64,000 nucleotides of DNA from NCBI GenBank assembly GCA_963727805.1, contig CAVSHF010000005.1, positions 704,001 to 768,000 on the forward strand. The letters are read 5' to 3'. Numbering within the stretch: the first letter of the stretch is position 1; each line of letters begins with the position of its first letter. Both the position numbers and the translations under genes were made by a program. The notes under the pieces were generated by a model. It worked only from the letters and a program-made list of their open reading frames with translations, was not told the DNA's origin and made no database searches. Below, one piece after another: positions 29,210 through 40,667 of the stretch. The stretch comes from an uncultured Nitrospiraceae bacterium (GTDB lineage Bacteria > Nitrospirota > Thermodesulfovibrionia > Thermodesulfovibrionales > Dissulfurispiraceae).

Positions 29210-30520
29210 TTAATCTTTTCCTTCGACTCTGATAAAGAGCGTCTTGTTCGAAACGGTGGGCAGGTTATCTATCTCGGCCACCGCCTTCATCACGTCCCTT
29301 TCGCATGCCCTGTGGGTAAGGACGACAAGCGGCACTGACCCTACTACACTCCTGCCCTTCTGGATAACCGAGGCAATGCTGATATTATAATTGCCGAGTA
29401 TTCCCGAGATATTCGAAAGCACGCCGGGCTTATCGAGAGCCGAGAACCTGAAATAGTACATGCTCTCGATGTCTTCCATCTTCCGGACTTTCTTCACGCC
29501 TTGCGCTCCAGCGGCGCAGATACCCGATAAGCGCGCACACCCGCCAGAAATGATATTCTTTCCAATATCGACGATATCGGCCACAACAGCGCTCCCTGTC
29601 GGCAGGTCGCCTGCGCCGCGCCCGTAGTAGAGTGTCGAACCGACCGCATCCCCCTCAACATACACAGCGTTAAAAACACCATCGATCTTCGAAATGAGGT
29701 ATTCAAGCGGCACCATCGTAGGATGAACCCTCATCTCAATTTCGCCATTATCCGATTTCGCGATGGCGAGCAGCTTTATCTTGTACCCAAATTCGGCGGC
29801 AAAATCGATGTCCCGGGCCGTGATTCTGGTAATACCCTCTCTATAGACGTCATTATATGAAAGCGGGATTCCATAGGCCAGTGAAGCAAGAATCGTGAGC
29901 TTGTGGGCTGTATCAATCCCCTCGATATCGAATGTTGGGTCCGCCTCGGCGTAACCGAGTTGTTGGGCCTCCCTGAGCGCATCGGAGAATTCGACCTTCT
30001 CGTCAGTCATTTTAGTAAGGATAAAATTTGAGGTGCCATTGATGATGCCGTAAATGGCTATCAGCTTGTTGGCCACAAGCCCCTCGCGAAGCACCTTAAT
30101 AATCGGGATACCACCGGCAACCGCAGCTTCAAAGCCCATCTCGACACCGTTTTCCCGAGCAGCGGCAAAGAGTTCATTCCCTTCGGTGGCAAGAAGTGCC
30201 TTATTTGCCGTAACAACATGCTTCTTGTTCTTTATCGCCTGGAGCATGAAATCCTTCGCAGGATGGATGCCTCCGATTAGTTCGACCACGATATCGATAT
30301 CAGGATCATTCAGCAGTCCGCTTGTATCGGTGGTAAGGATCCCATCTGGAACTTCCATCCCTCGGTCACGCGTTATATCCTGGTCTGCGATTTTCCTAAG
30401 TTTTATTTCAAAGCCCGTCCTACTTTTGATAATATCGCTATTTTCGAGCAGTAGCCTGGCTGTCCCGGAACCCACCGTCCCAAAACCGATGATGCCAACG
30501 GAAATCACGCGTTTGTCCAT
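29210..30520 (-). CDS. hom: Homoserine dehydrogenase with C-terminal ACT domain
   Basis: GFGTVG, VVTANKAL, FEAAVAGGIPII, GIINGT, GYAEADP, DKPGVL. Confidence 0.96.
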   Translation of the reverse strand: MDKRVISVGIIGFGTVGSGTARLLLENSDIIKSRTGFEIKLRKIADQDITRDRGMEVPDGILTTDTSGLLNDPDIDIVVELIGGIHPAKDFMLQAIKNKKHVVTANKALLATEGNELFAAARENGVEMGFEAAVAGGIPIIKVLREGLVANKLIAIYGIINGTSNFILTKMTDEKVEFSDALREAQQLGYAEADPTFDIEGIDTAHKLTILASLAYGIPLSYNDVYREGITRITARDIDFAAEFGYKIKLLAIAKSDNGEIEMRVHPTMVPLEYLISKIDGVFNAVYVEGDAVGSTLYYGRGAGDLPTGSAVVADIVDIGKNIISGGCARLSGICAAGAQGVKKVRKMEDIESMYYFRFSALDKPGVLSNISGILGNYNISIASVIQKGRSVVGSVPLVVLTHRACERDVMKAVAEIDNLPTVSNKTLFIRVEGKD

Positions 30521-30536
30521 ATTATAATCGCTCCTT

Positions 30537-31718
30537 TTATGCACCTTTGTTAAGCGCCTTCTTGATTCCCTTAGCCGCCTGCTTGATACGCTGCTCGTTC
30601 TCAACGAGGGCAAACCTCACGAAACCTTCTCCTCCCTCGCCAAACCCTATCCCGGGAGATACCGCCACTTTTGCTTCCTTGATAAGAAACTTCGAGAACT
30701 CAAGAGATCCCATATACCTAAATGGCTCAGGTATCTCCGCCCAGACAAACATAGTCGCCTTAGGCGGCTCTATGCGCCAACCGGCCTGGTTCAGGCCCTT
30801 GAGGAGCACATCCCTTCTCGATTGGTAGATATTCCTCATATCCTCAACGCAGTTCTGGGGCCCTCTCAGCGCAACAATGCTCGCGATCTGGATAGGCTGG
30901 AACATGCCGTAATCGAGGTAGCTCTTTATCTTGATGAGGGCGCCGACGATTTCCCTGTTGCCGCAGCAAAAGCCGACCCTCCAGCCAGCCATGGAATAGC
31001 TCTTGGTAAGCGAGAAAAATTCCACCCCCACATCTCTCGCTCCCGACACCTGGAGAAAGCTGGGCGCTTTATAACCATCAAATAGGAGGTCAGCATAAGC
31101 AAAATCGTGGATGACGATGATGTTATTCTCCTTCGCGAAATCGACAACTTTCCTGAAGAAATCAAGTCCATTAAGGACCGCCGTAGTGGGATTATGAGGA
31201 AAATTAAGGATGAGGATCTTCGGATGGGGCCATGTCTTCTTAAAAGTCTTTTCCATCTCGGCAAAAAAATCTTTCCCGGGACCTATAGGGATGCTCGACA
31301 CCTCACCACCCGCTATAATCACCGCATATGGGTGGATCGGATAGGCAGGTGCAGGGGACATAACAACATCGCCCGGCTGGACCATGGCGAGTGCCAGATG
31401 AGAGAGGCCTTCCTTCGAACCTATCGTGACGACCGCCTCGGCTTCAGGGTCTATATCCACATCGAAGCGGCGTTTATACCACTCCGTGATTGCTACTCTC
31501 AATTGAGTAATGCCCTTCGATGCTGAATACCGATGGTTTTTGGGGTTCTTAGCAGCCTCGCAGAGCTTGTCGACTATATGCTTCGGCGTAGGCAGATCGG
31601 GGTTACCCATGCCGAGATCGATGATGTCCTCGCCCTGCCGCCGTGACTCCATCTTCAAATGATTGACGATGGCAAACACATACGGGGGCAGTCTCTTGAT
31701 CCTGTTAAATTCGTACAT
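30537..31718 (-). CDS. Class I/II PLP aminotransferase (AlaC-like)
   Basis: [40 protein letters not shown]. Confidence 0.9.
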   Translation of the reverse strand: MYEFNRIKRLPPYVFAIVNHLKMESRRQGEDIIDLGMGNPDLPTPKHIVDKLCEAAKNPKNHRYSASKGITQLRVAITEWYKRRFDVDIDPEAEAVVTIGSKEGLSHLALAMVQPGDVVMSPAPAYPIHPYAVIIAGGEVSSIPIGPGKDFFAEMEKTFKKTWPHPKILILNFPHNPTTAVLNGLDFFRKVVDFAKENNIIVIHDFAYADLLFDGYKAPSFLQVSGARDVGVEFFSLTKSYSMAGWRVGFCCGNREIVGALIKIKSYLDYGMFQPIQIASIVALRGPQNCVEDMRNIYQSRRDVLLKGLNQAGWRIEPPKATMFVWAEIPEPFRYMGSLEFSKFLIKEAKVAVSPGIGFGEGGEGFVRFALVENEQRIKQAAKGIKKALNKGA

Positions 31719-32612
31719 TTATCCTCCTCGATTATACATTTCCTCGGCGTTCATGGAACTCCTTACCAGAGGCCCCGAGGAAACGGAGCAGAATCCAAGC
31801 TCCATCGCCTTTACCTTAAGGTCGTCGAATACATGGGGAATTATATATTCTACAACAGGCTGGTTCTTTTTTGTAGGTCTCAAATACTGCCCAATAGTGA
31901 GGGCTTCACAACCCGCGCCCCTCAGATCACCAAGCAAATCAATGACCTCACTTATTGTCTCGCCTAGTCCAAGCATCAACCCCGATTTCGTCCGGACGTC
32001 CGCGTTTATTTCTTTTGCGTTCCTGAGCACGTTGAGCGAACGACCATAGTCAGCCTGCGGCCGGATTGCCTGATAGAGACGCTCCACAGTTTCCATATTA
32101 TGATTGAAGACATCTGGCCCCGCTTCGATTACAGATCTCAGGGCATCAGCATTCCCTTTGAAATCTGGGGTAAGCACCTCAATTTTGATCGCAGGCAGAA
32201 GATTCCTTAATGTCACGATGACGGTTGCAAACTGGTCCGCTCCGCCATCAGGAAGATCGTCACGAGTTACCGAGGTAATGACAACGTACTTCAAGCCCAT
32301 CTCGCGGGCAGCATCAGCAATATGATCTGGCTCGTATGGATTTACATCAGCCGGAATAAGCGCGGATAATGGGTTGGACGCTACGGCGCAAAACGCGCAC
32401 TTCCTTGTGCATACATCGCCAAGGATCATGAATGTGGCAGTCGGTTTAGCGAAACAGAGGTCCTTATTCGGGCACCTCGCCTCTTCGCAGACCGATAAGA
32501 GACGGTGGTGCCTCAAAAGGCTCTTCGTCGTATGAATTCCCGCCGCAGAGCGAGAGGAGAGCGGTTTCTTATTCAGCCTGGTTTCAGCCTTGATCCAGTC
32601 AGGTAGGCGCAT
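31719..32612 (-). CDS. lipA: Lipoyl synthase
   Basis: CEEARCPNKDLC, CTRKCAFC, TSVTRDDL, FNHNMETV, GQYL, VRSS. Confidence 0.95.
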   Translation of the reverse strand: MRLPDWIKAETRLNKKPLSSRSAAGIHTTKSLLRHHRLLSVCEEARCPNKDLCFAKPTATFMILGDVCTRKCAFCAVASNPLSALIPADVNPYEPDHIADAAREMGLKYVVITSVTRDDLPDGGADQFATVIVTLRNLLPAIKIEVLTPDFKGNADALRSVIEAGPDVFNHNMETVERLYQAIRPQADYGRSLNVLRNAKEINADVRTKSGLMLGLGETISEVIDLLGDLRGAGCEALTIGQYLRPTKKNQPVVEYIIPHVFDDLKVKAMELGFCSVSSGPLVRSSMNAEEMYNRGG

Positions 32613-32618
32613 ACGATT

Positions 32619-32647
32619 ACATTAACTCAAAACGGGAGGATACTCAA
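32619..32647 (-). promoter_or_regulatory. Promoter of the lipA-hom run, probably leaderless
   Basis: TTGAGT-17-TAATGT, then 6 nt to the ATG; no SD. Confidence 0.6.
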
Positions 32648-32734
32648 GAAGGGGATTGAACATTTCTCTGAAGAAAGCGCTCACTACCATGAGATGCACC
32701 TGAACTCCCGGCCCAATTTCGAGAAACGAAGAAC

Positions 32735-32758
32735 AAAAAAGACCCCTCGACAGGGGCC
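32735..32758 (-). terminator. Intrinsic terminator after csp
   Basis: Minus strand GGCCCCT-GTCG-AGGGGTC hairpin followed by a T run. Confidence 0.75.
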
Positions 32759-32764
32759 CCTCCA

Positions 32765-32968
32765 TTACCTTCGCACTACATCAACAGCCTTGGGCCCCTT
32801 GTCATCACTGGTGATCTCGAATTGTACTCTCTGGCCCTTGGTTAACGTCTTGAAACCATCTCCCGAGATTGCAGAATAGTGCACAAAAACATCCGGTCCG
32901 TTGTCTTGCTGGATGAATCCATATCCCTTGGACTCGTTGAACCACTTAACCGTTCCTTCGAATGCCAT
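32765..32968 (-). CDS. Cold-shock protein (CspA family)
   Basis: [19 protein letters not shown]...[18 protein letters not shown]. Confidence 0.96.
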   Translation of the reverse strand: MAFEGTVKWFNESKGYGFIQQDNGPDVFVHYSAISGDGFKTLTKGQRVQFEITSDDKGPKAVDVVRR

Positions 32969-33038
32969 AACTGTGGATACCTCCTTACCGTCGCACATCA
33001 GGTATGCCCCAAAAGCAAAATATCGGGCCTCTCGCATT

Positions 33039-33068
33039 TATATACCACGCATTTAAGCCAAATGTCAA
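33039..33068 (-). promoter_or_regulatory. sigma70-type promoter of csp
   Basis: TTGACA-18-TATATA with a TG extension. Confidence 0.5.
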
Positions 33069-33110
33069 AGAGGATAAACAGTGTGAGAAGCCTCATGCTG
33101 ACAGATTATC

Positions 33111-33887
33111 TCAGAGCTTTTTCTCTCCCAATTTTGCCTCGTCCCAAAGTGCGTCCATCTCTTCGAGGGGCATGTCCGAAAGCTGACGGCCTTCGTCGGC
33201 CGCTTTCATCTCTATGTATCTGAAACGCGAGATGAATTTGGAGATCGTCTTTCTCAGTGCCTCCTCTGCATTGACGCCGACGAAACGCGAAATATTGACG
33301 AGGACGAAGAAGATGTCGCCCAGTTCGTCCTCAATCTCTTTTTTATCTTTCTTTTCGAGGGCTACTTTGAATTCTTTCAACTCCTCATCAAGCTTCCCGA
33401 ATACGTCTTCGACCTTCTCCCAATCGAATCCCACCTTTGCAGCTCGCGATTGCAGATGGTGCGCTCTAAGAAGGGAAGGTAATTCCTTCGGCACTCCTTC
33501 AAGGGCTGATTCTTTAAATTTTCCTTCTTCTTTTTTCCGGTCCTGCCATTGCTTTGTCACATCCTCAGGCGTCTCAAATTTGGCGGCGCCGAAAACATGC
33601 GGATGGCGGGACACCATCTTGCTGCTAATTCCTTCGATAACGTCATTGATGTCGAATTCTTCTTTGTCCTTCGCTATCTGCGCATGGAAAACAATCTGGA
33701 GCAGTAGGTCTCCCAGTTCTTCCTTTATCTTCACTGGGTCCGTTTCATCGATGGCCTCAATGAGTTCATACGTCTCTTCGATTAGATAGGGTTTGAGCGT
33801 CTCGCTCGTCTGCACACGGTCCCACGGGCAGCCATCCTCAGAACGGAGCCGCGTCATTATATCAACAAGCTTCTGAAAGCTCTCCAT
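33111..33887 (-). CDS. mazG: Nucleoside triphosphate pyrophosphohydrolase MazG
   Basis: GCPWD, EETYE, EELGDLL, RHPHVF, GFDW, ELGD. Confidence 0.95.
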   Translation of the reverse strand: MESFQKLVDIMTRLRSEDGCPWDRVQTSETLKPYLIEETYELIEAIDETDPVKIKEELGDLLLQIVFHAQIAKDKEEFDINDVIEGISSKMVSRHPHVFGAAKFETPEDVTKQWQDRKKEEGKFKESALEGVPKELPSLLRAHHLQSRAAKVGFDWEKVEDVFGKLDEELKEFKVALEKKDKKEIEDELGDIFFVLVNISRFVGVNAEEALRKTISKFISRFRYIEMKAADEGRQLSDMPLEEMDALWDEAKLGEKKL

Positions 33888-33898
33888 TATGATCGTCC

Positions 33899-34777
33899 TT
33901 ACTTCGTCAAAATTTCCAGAATCTCCCTATACCGCGCCGCTGTCTTCTGCACGATCTCATCAGGCAGTTTCGGGCCGGGGTATTTCATCTCCCAATCGAG
34001 AGTGAGCAGATAATCCCTAACAATTTGCTTATCGTAGCTATCCTGACCCTTGCCCGGTTGATAAGTCTTCATTGACCAGAATCGCGATGAGTCGGGGGTC
34101 ATGAGTTCATCGATAAGAATGAGTTCCCCGCCATAAATCCCCATCTCCATCTTCGTATCGGCGACGATAATCCCCTTCTTTTCGGCGATTTCGCGCCCTT
34201 TCCCGTACACGGCGAGCGCCACATCTCTCACCCTAGTGGCTTGAGTGTTGCCGACGATCTTTTTCATCTCTTCGAAGCTGATATTGATGTCATGCCCCTC
34301 TTTGGCTTTGGTGCTCGGGGTAAAGATCGGCTCGGCAAGGCGCGAAGATTCGACGAGACCGGCTGGAAGCGTTATGCCACAAACCATACCCTTCTGCCCG
34401 TATTCCTTCCAGCCAGACCCTGAAAGATATCCCCTCACAATGCATTCGATGGGTAAAGGCTTGGCCTTTTTGACGAGCATGCTACGGCCATCGAGGATGT
34501 CTGCGTACTTATGGAGCACCACAGGATAATCCTTCACATCGGTTGCCACAATGTGATTGTCAATGATCTTCTTCAATTGATTGAACCAGAAGATAGAAAT
34601 CTGGTTAAGGACAAACCCCTTGCCGGGTATGCCATCCGGCAAAACAACATCGAAGGCTGAGATGCGATCTGTCGTCACGATCAAGAGGTAATTACCAACC
34701 TCGTACACGTCACGCACCTTGCCGCGCCAGACGAGGCGAAGGTCGTCAAAATTTGTCTGTATCACCATACCTGCCAT
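33899..34777 (-). CDS. purC: SAICAR synthase
   Basis: [42 protein letters not shown]. Confidence 0.96.
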   Translation of the reverse strand: MAGMVIQTNFDDLRLVWRGKVRDVYEVGNYLLIVTTDRISAFDVVLPDGIPGKGFVLNQISIFWFNQLKKIIDNHIVATDVKDYPVVLHKYADILDGRSMLVKKAKPLPIECIVRGYLSGSGWKEYGQKGMVCGITLPAGLVESSRLAEPIFTPSTKAKEGHDINISFEEMKKIVGNTQATRVRDVALAVYGKGREIAEKKGIIVADTKMEMGIYGGELILIDELMTPDSSRFWSMKTYQPGKGQDSYDKQIVRDYLLTLDWEMKYPGPKLPDEIVQKTAARYREILEILTK

Positions 34778-34850
34778 TGTTTCCTCCATAAGAATGCTTA
34801 ATTAATCGTTCATTATATCGGCTGTCCTGCCGGAAATGCAGATAATACCA

Positions 34851-34881
34851 AAACAGGCCTGTATCACTTGACGCAGGCCTG
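34851..34881 (-). terminator. Hairpin, probable terminator between purE and purC
   Basis: CAGGCCTG arms (34854-34861 and 34874-34881) followed by a short T run on the minus strand. Confidence 0.5.
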
Positions 34882-34899
34882 CCGTTCGTCTGAATGCTT

Positions 34900-35388
34900 T
34901 TAGCGTTTCAGTTTTGCGGACTCTTCTTCTAGGTTTTTCTTCATCTGAGCCCGATAGGCTTCAAGCTTTTGCGTAAATTCAGCATGTTTGATCGACAGTA
35001 TCGAGCACGCTAGATATGCAGCATTCTTTGCACCATCGATAGCAACGGTCGCAACCGGAATGCCTGGCGGCATCTGCACTGTCGCATAAAGGGCATCGAC
35101 GCCATTCAGCGCACCCGTCTTAAGTGGAACACCGATGACCGGAAGTGTCGTGTGTGCCGCAATAACACCGGCGAGATGAGCTGCCATACCGGCGCCTGCA
35201 ATGACGACTTCAATCCCGCGTCCTCTCGCCGACTTCGCGTATCCGGCTGTCTTGTCGGGGAGCCTATGCGCAGAACTAATATCTATTTCATATGGCACTC
35301 CCATCTCCCTCAAGACCTCTGCCGCCTTCTCCATAACTGGCAGGTCGCTATCGCTGCCCATAATGATGCCAACGAGTGGCTTGATCAT
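34900..35388 (-). CDS. purE: N5-CAIR mutase
   Basis: IIMGSDSD, SAHR, AGAGMAAHL, PVIGVP, VQMPPGIPVATV. Confidence 0.96.
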   Translation of the reverse strand: MIKPLVGIIMGSDSDLPVMEKAAEVLREMGVPYEIDISSAHRLPDKTAGYAKSARGRGIEVVIAGAGMAAHLAGVIAAHTTLPVIGVPLKTGALNGVDALYATVQMPPGIPVATVAIDGAKNAAYLACSILSIKHAEFTQKLEAYRAQMKKNLEEESAKLKR

Positions 35389-35412
35389 ATTAGTCCTCCT
35401 CTGAAGCGCACC

Positions 35413-36255
35413 TTATCTCTTGAATCTCATCGCTTCGAGCCGCGCAATTCTCTCCTCCATCGGGGGATGGGTGCTGAAAAGCTTCATCAGCGCCCCCCCC
35501 GAAAGCGGATTGACAATAAACATGTGTGCAGTCGCAGGATTGGCATTCATCGGTATCTGCTGCGAAGCCATCTGGAGCTTCTTGAGTGCATTTGCGAGAT
35601 AGAGAGGATTGCCGGAGATCTCTGCCCCGCCCTCATCAGCGCTATATTCCCTTGAACGCGAAATCGCCATCTGAATGAGCATAGCCGCAATGGGAGCAAC
35701 GATCATCATGACAATAGCTGCTATTGGGTTGCTGTCTTCATCATCCCTGCGGCCTCCGAAAATCATCGCCCATTGTGCCATTTGGGCAAGATAGCTGATA
35801 GCACCTGCGATCGTTGCCGCAACCGTGCTTATCAGGATGTCCCTGTGTTTGACATGGGCGAGTTCATGGGCGAGAACCCCTTCAAGTTCCTCTCTCGAAA
35901 GAATACGCAATATGCCGGTCGTCGCAGCAACAGCAGCATGCTCCGGATTTCTGCCTGTCGCAAAAGCATTAGGCTGGTCTTCGTCAACCATATAAACTTT
36001 CGGCATCGGAAGGCCCGCCTTCTGTGCAAGCCTTCTGACGATACTGTACAATTCGGGAGCCTCAGACTCGGTCACCTGTCGTGCACTATACATACGAAGT
36101 ACGATTTTATCACTAAACCAGTAAGTAATAAAATTTATACCAAAGGCCATGATAAGGGCAAAGGTCATGCCGGTCCTGCCACCCAGAGCACCTCCAATCG
36201 CTATCAGCATGACGGTGAGAAAGACCATTAGTAACATTGTCTTCAGCATATTCAT
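35413..36255 (-). CDS. htpX: Zinc metalloprotease HtpX
   Basis: [28 protein letters not shown]. Confidence 0.96.
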   Translation of the reverse strand: MNMLKTMLLMVFLTVMLIAIGGALGGRTGMTFALIMAFGINFITYWFSDKIVLRMYSARQVTESEAPELYSIVRRLAQKAGLPMPKVYMVDEDQPNAFATGRNPEHAAVAATTGILRILSREELEGVLAHELAHVKHRDILISTVAATIAGAISYLAQMAQWAMIFGGRRDDEDSNPIAAIVMMIVAPIAAMLIQMAISRSREYSADEGGAEISGNPLYLANALKKLQMASQQIPMNANPATAHMFIVNPLSGGALMKLFSTHPPMEERIARLEAMRFKR

Positions 36256-36332
36256 GATTTACCTCCTTTAACTACCATTAAAAAAACCCTTACCACGCTA
36301 TCGCCGCATGATAAAGGTAGCAATACTTTAAG

Positions 36333-36360
36333 ATTATCCAAAAAGGAAAGTTAATGTCAA
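36333..36360 (-). promoter_or_regulatory. Promoter of htpX
   Basis: TTGACA-16-GATAAT; AAGGAGGT SD downstream. Confidence 0.55.
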
Positions 36361-36371
36361 CTGAATGAAGT

Positions 36372-36446
36372 TGGAGGCGACGAGCGGATTCGAACCGCTG
36401 GATCGAGGTTTTGCAGACCTCTCCCTTGCCACTTGGGTACGTCGCC
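36372..36446 (-). tRNA. tRNA-Cys(GCA)
   Basis: GGCGACG...CTGCAAA...GGTTCGAATCC...CGTCGCC-T-CCA cloverleaf. Confidence 0.96.
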
Positions 36447-36457
36447 GAAAAGCTTAA

Positions 36458-36547
36458 TCCGTAAGGCGCAATCCTTAAAAAGAAATGCAATCCGTAATCA
36501 GTTCGGCGTCCCTAACGCTTAACAGATTACGGATCACGTTTTACGGT
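36458..36547. repeat. Degenerate heptamer (TCCGTAA-like) inverted-repeat element in the tRNA spacer
   Basis: TCCGTAA/GGCGCAA/TCCTTAA...TCCGTAA on one side and TTACGGA/TCACGTT/TTACGGT on the other; perfect 10-bp IR ATCCGTAATC/GATTACGGAT. Confidence 0.6.
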
Positions 36548-36552
36548 TTTAA

Positions 36553-36628
36553 TGGAGCGGGCGACGGGATTCGGACCCGCGACCCCAACCTTGGCAAGGT
36601 TGTGCTCTACCAGCTGAGCTACACCCGC
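36553..36628 (-). tRNA. tRNA-Gly(GCC) with a variant T-loop
   Basis: GCGGGTGTAGCTCAGCTGGTAGAGC...TTGCCAA...GGGTCCGAATCCC...TCCA. Confidence 0.93.
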
Positions 36629-36688
36629 ATGGATAACCGCCTTACCCCCGGGATTCTGCGATTGAACTCCCGTACAACGGTGTTAAAA

Positions 36689-36718
36689 AAGTTATCATAA
36701 TATCGCCGGTTATGTCAA
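36689..36718 (-). promoter_or_regulatory. Promoter of the tRNA-Gly/tRNA-Cys pair
   Basis: TTGACA-18-TAACTT with a TG extension. Confidence 0.55.
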
Positions 36719-36735
36719 TCATCGGCAGCTTCAAA

Positions 36736-36765
36736 TTGCCAAAAGAGACCCTCATTCTATAAAAT
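36736..36765 (+). promoter_or_regulatory. Promoter of trpE, probably leaderless
   Basis: TTGCCA-18-TAAAAT, then 6 nt to the ATG; no SD and no room for an attenuator leader. Confidence 0.6.
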
Positions 36766-36771
36766 ATTTAA

Positions 36772-38310
36772 ATGAATATCAACTATGGAGAATTCAGGGC
36801 GCTGGCCGAGAAAGCGAATGTCATTCCCCTGTATAAAAATATTCTTTGCGATACCGAAACACCAGTCAGTGCCCTTCTGAAATTGAACAAAAAACCAGCA
36901 TTGCTCCTAGAAAGCGTCGTGGGCGGTGAAAAATGGGCGAGATACTCTTTCATTTGTGTCGATCCCTCGCTGACTATTACCGGCCGTGGCAAAAAGATCG
37001 AGCTATCGAACGGCAGCGACAGTATCTCGTTCACTGCCGATAACCCACTCACCATCGTCAAGGACATACTTCGACAGTTCCGTCCTGTAGAACTGCCTGA
37101 ACTGCCGCGTTTCTCCGGCGGTTTTGTCGGATACCTCGCTTATGACGTTGTCCGGGCGTTTGAGCGTCTTCCGTACCGAAAAAAAACGGGCGTAAATGTT
37201 CCTGACACACTGCTGATGCTGTTCGATACGATCCTAATCTTCGACAACCTCAGACAGACCCTTTCTATCTTGTCCAACGTGCATACCAGTAGCGATATAT
37301 CGCTGCGCGGCAAAACACTTTTCCCTTTCAGAAACAAGCGTGATACCAAAGTACTGTATCAGGATGCCTGCAAAAAAATAGATCGTATTGCCACTGCATT
37401 GCAAAAAAAGTGTGTACTAAAGGCTCCGCTGATCATGCCGCAGGGTACCGAAACAGCACCCCGGCCGGAGGCAACGTCCTTCAAATCGACTTTCAGGAAG
37501 ACTGACTTCCTCACTGCCGTCGAAAAGGCACGCGAATACGTGCATGCGGGCGATGTCGTGCAAGTAGTCATCTCCCAGCGGTTCGAGCGGCCGAGCACAG
37601 TACATCCATTCACTGTTTATCGCGCGCTTCGCGTAATCAATCCTTCCCCTTACATGTTTTACTTCGACATAGGCGATGCTCACATTGTCGGCTCGTCGCC
37701 CGAGATACTCGTCAGGCTCGATGGAGATAAGGTCACTGTTCGGCCGATCGCCGGCACACGCCGGAGGGGCAAGACTGAAGAGGAAGACAAGGCACTTGAA
37801 GCCGACATGAAGAACGACCCGAAGGAGCGCTCCGAGCATATAATGCTCGTGGATCTCGGACGAAACGATGTCGGACGGGTAGCAGAAATCGGTTCAGTTA
37901 AGGTCACCGACCTCATGATCACCGAATTCTACAGCCATGTAATGCACCTGGTCTCGAACGTTGAAGGCACACTCAAAAAGGGGCTCGACGCTTTTGATGT
38001 CTTCCACGCTTGCTTTCCTGCCGGAACTGTCTCCGGGGCGCCAAAAGTGCGAGCCATGGAGATCATCGAAGAGCTTGAGCCGACCAAACGCGGCGTATAT
38101 GCGGGCGCGGTGGGCTATTTCAGCTACTCAGGCAACATGGATACCTGCATAGCAATCAGGACACTCGTGATCAAGGACGGTAAGGTCTATTTACAGACCG
38201 GGGCCGGTATTGTTGCAGACTCAGTGCCTGAAAACGAATACTGGGAGTCAGTGAACAAGGCGATGGCGATGATGACCGCCGTCGAATTCGTGGAGAGAAA
38301 GAAGAGATAG
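36772..38310 (+). CDS. trpE: Anthranilate synthase component I
   Basis: [53 protein letters not shown]. Confidence 0.94.
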   Translation: MNINYGEFRALAEKANVIPLYKNILCDTETPVSALLKLNKKPALLLESVVGGEKWARYSFICVDPSLTITGRGKKIELSNGSDSISFTADNPLTIVKDILRQFRPVELPELPRFSGGFVGYLAYDVVRAFERLPYRKKTGVNVPDTLLMLFDTILIFDNLRQTLSILSNVHTSSDISLRGKTLFPFRNKRDTKVLYQDACKKIDRIATALQKKCVLKAPLIMPQGTETAPRPEATSFKSTFRKTDFLTAVEKAREYVHAGDVVQVVISQRFERPSTVHPFTVYRALRVINPSPYMFYFDIGDAHIVGSSPEILVRLDGDKVTVRPIAGTRRRGKTEEEDKALEADMKNDPKERSEHIMLVDLGRNDVGRVAEIGSVKVTDLMITEFYSHVMHLVSNVEGTLKKGLDAFDVFHACFPAGTVSGAPKVRAMEIIEELEPTKRGVYAGAVGYFSYSGNMDTCIAIRTLVIKDGKVYLQTGAGIVADSVPENEYWESVNKAMAMMTAVEFVERKKR

Positions 38311-38312
38311 CC

Positions 38313-38900
38313 ATGCTTTTAATGATCGATAACTACGATTCCTTTACGTACAACCTAGTTCAGTACTTGGGCGAACTAGGAGAAGATATTCGCGTCTTCA
38401 GAAATGACAAGATTACGGTCCGTGAGATCGATGAGATGAAGCCCCAAAGGATCGTCATTTCGCCCGGCCCCTGCACGCCGAAGGAGGCTGGCATTTCCAT
38501 AGAGACGATCAGGCATTTCGGCGGGAAGATACCGATACTCGGAGTATGCCTCGGACATCAATCAATCGGTGCAGCCTTCGGAGGAGAGATAATCCGGGCG
38601 CCCTATCTCATGCATGGCAAAACATCCCTCATCCATCACGACGGTAAAACGCTCTTCGAGGGACTGATCAATCCCTTCGAGGCGACAAGATATCACTCAC
38701 TTGTCATCAGGCGCGAGACTTTGCCTGACTGCCTCGAAATTAGTGCCTGGACAGAGGCCGAAGGAGTCACAGGGATCATCATGGGTGTACGACACAAACA
38801 ATTTCTCATCGAAGGGGTCCAGTTCCACCCTGAATCGATCCTAACCGCGGTAGGGAAAGACCTTCTCCGAAACTTCATACGCATCAGCTGCGGGCCATGA
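38313..38900 (+). CDS. trpG: Anthranilate synthase component II (glutamine amidotransferase)
   Basis: [33 protein letters not shown]; lies between trpE and trpD. Confidence 0.92.
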   Translation: MLLMIDNYDSFTYNLVQYLGELGEDIRVFRNDKITVREIDEMKPQRIVISPGPCTPKEAGISIETIRHFGGKIPILGVCLGHQSIGAAFGGEIIRAPYLMHGKTSLIHHDGKTLFEGLINPFEATRYHSLVIRRETLPDCLEISAWTEAEGVTGIIMGVRHKQFLIEGVQFHPESILTAVGKDLLRNFIRISCGP

Positions 38901-39907
38901 TACGGGAAGCGATCAACCTCATTATTCAAAATATCAGCCTCTCAGAAGCTGAAATGGCCGAATGCATGAGCGAGATAATGGAAGGCCGGGCTACCGATGC
39001 CCAGATCGGCGCCTTTCTCACGGCACTGCGAATAAAAGGTGAGACGGTCGAAGAGATCTCCGGTGCTGTGCGCATAATGCGCGAAAAAGCGACAAAAATT
39101 AAGGCACCCCAGGGCGTTGTCGATACCTGCGGCACTGGGGGTGACATGTCGAATACCTTCAACATCTCGACCACGTCGGCTATTGTCGTTTCAGCTGCCG
39201 GTGTGCCTGTCGCCAAACACGGCAATCGTTCCGTATCGAGCAATTCAGGTAGCGCCGATGTCCTCGAAGCCTTGGGATTGAAAATCGACTTAACGCCGGA
39301 AAAGGTTGAGAAATGCCTTTTCGAGACTAACTTTGGCTTCCTTTTCGCTCCTGTCTTCCATCCGGCGATGAAGTTCGCTATAGGGCCGCGCAGGGAGATC
39401 GGCATACGCACCATATTCAACATTCTTGGCCCCCTCACTAATCCGGCTGTTGCACAGAGGCAGGTCATGGGCGTATTCGCGTCAAAGTTGACCGAGCCGC
39501 TTGCTCAGGTCCTTGGAAATCTCGGGGCTCTCGACTGCATGGTAGTTCACGGAGAAGACGGGCTCGACGAGATTACGACGTGCGACGGGACAAAGATATC
39601 CCGGTATCGCAATGGCGTTGTTGATACCTTTTACATAACACCCGAAGACTTCGGATATAAAAAACACAATCGCTCTTTCCTGCTCGGCGGCAGCAAGGAG
39701 GTCAATGCTCAGATTAGCCTGTCGATATTGAATGGCGAGAAAGGTCCGAAGCGCGAGATCGTGCTCATGAATGCCGCTGCGGCACTCATGGTCGCCGGAA
39801 AAGCCGAAGATTTTGTCACGGCGATGGATATTGCCGCTGAAACAATCGATTCAAACAAAGCTTTAGAGAAGCTGGAAGAGATCAAACGCGCAACAAATTC
39901 CTTCTAG
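38897..39907 (+). CDS. trpD: Anthranilate phosphoribosyltransferase
   Basis: [26 protein letters not shown]. Confidence 0.96.
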   Translation: MIREAINLIIQNISLSEAEMAECMSEIMEGRATDAQIGAFLTALRIKGETVEEISGAVRIMREKATKIKAPQGVVDTCGTGGDMSNTFNISTTSAIVVSAAGVPVAKHGNRSVSSNSGSADVLEALGLKIDLTPEKVEKCLFETNFGFLFAPVFHPAMKFAIGPRREIGIRTIFNILGPLTNPAVAQRQVMGVFASKLTEPLAQVLGNLGALDCMVVHGEDGLDEITTCDGTKISRYRNGVVDTFYITPEDFGYKKHNRSFLLGGSKEVNAQISLSILNGEKGPKREIVLMNAAAALMVAGKAEDFVTAMDIAAETIDSNKALEKLEEIKRATNSF

Positions 39908-39995
39908 CGCAGAGGCGTTGAAGGTTCACAAAACTAACATCCATAATTTTCGAAGGTTGAATCTTCCTATCTACCGCTGTTAGGTGCTGCTGAAC

Positions 39996-40667
39996 TTATC
40001 TCATTGAGTATCCAGGGGGCAAGTCCCGTGCTGTCGATGCGGCGTATTGCATGAATATTCTGCCGATATCAGCAGTATCGTCCACAACATGAAATATCTT
40101 TGTGTCTTCCATGCCAAGTGCACCACGCTGCACAAGAGTACTCTCCATCCAATCGACAAGCCCCTGCCAGTAGGACTTCCCGTACAGCACGATCGGGAAC
40201 CCCTCTATTTTTTTAGTCTGGACCAGTGTCAACGCCTCGAAAAGTTCATCCATCGTGCCGAAACCGCCGGGGAAAATCACAAACCCGATCGAGTATTTAA
40301 TGAACATCAGCTTCCTGACAAAGAAGTATCGGAACGACAAACTAATATCAAGATACTTATTGGGATACTGCTCCTGGGGAAGCGTGATATTTAGTCCGAC
40401 CGATTTACCTCTTCCCATCTTCGCACCTTTGCTCGCCGCCTCCATAATGCCCGGTCCACCGCCGGTAATGATTCCAAACCCAGCCTCTGAAAGCATGGCG
40501 CAGACTTTTACCGCGTCATGATAGAAATCGGAGCGCTCGTTAAAGCGCGCGCCTCCAAAAATACCGATTGCAGGACCGAGATCGAAAAGGGTCTCGAAAC
40601 CTTCGACCAATTCCGACTGTATCCTGAAGACCCTCCACGTTTCTGAATGTCTCAAGTCTTCTATCAT
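39996..40667 (-). CDS. LOG-family (TIGR00730-like) nucleotide phosphoribohydrolase
   Basis: TGGGPGIMEA, YFFVRK, PGGFGTMDELFE. Confidence 0.9.
   Translation of the reverse strand: MIEDLRHSETWRVFRIQSELVEGFETLFDLGPAIGIFGGARFNERSDFYHDAVKVCAMLSEAGFGIITGGGPGIMEAASKGAKMGRGKSVGLNITLPQEQYPNKYLDISLSFRYFFVRKLMFIKYSIGFVIFPGGFGTMDELFEALTLVQTKKIEGFPIVLYGKSYWQGLVDWMESTLVQRGALGMEDTKIFHVVDDTADIGRIFMQYAASTARDLPPGYSMR

Noticed and set aside
30521..30613. N-terminal extension of hom in the track
   Set aside because: It overlaps the aminotransferase; the ATG at 30520 has an AAGGAG SD.
36372..36628. tRNA genes as an integration site for an island
   Set aside because: No integrase nearby, no duplicated tRNA 3' end noticed, and both flanks are core genes.
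36690..36720. dif-like sequence CATAA...TTATGTCAAT
   Set aside because: The spacer is 9 nt rather than 6, and the sequence is better explained as the tRNA promoter.
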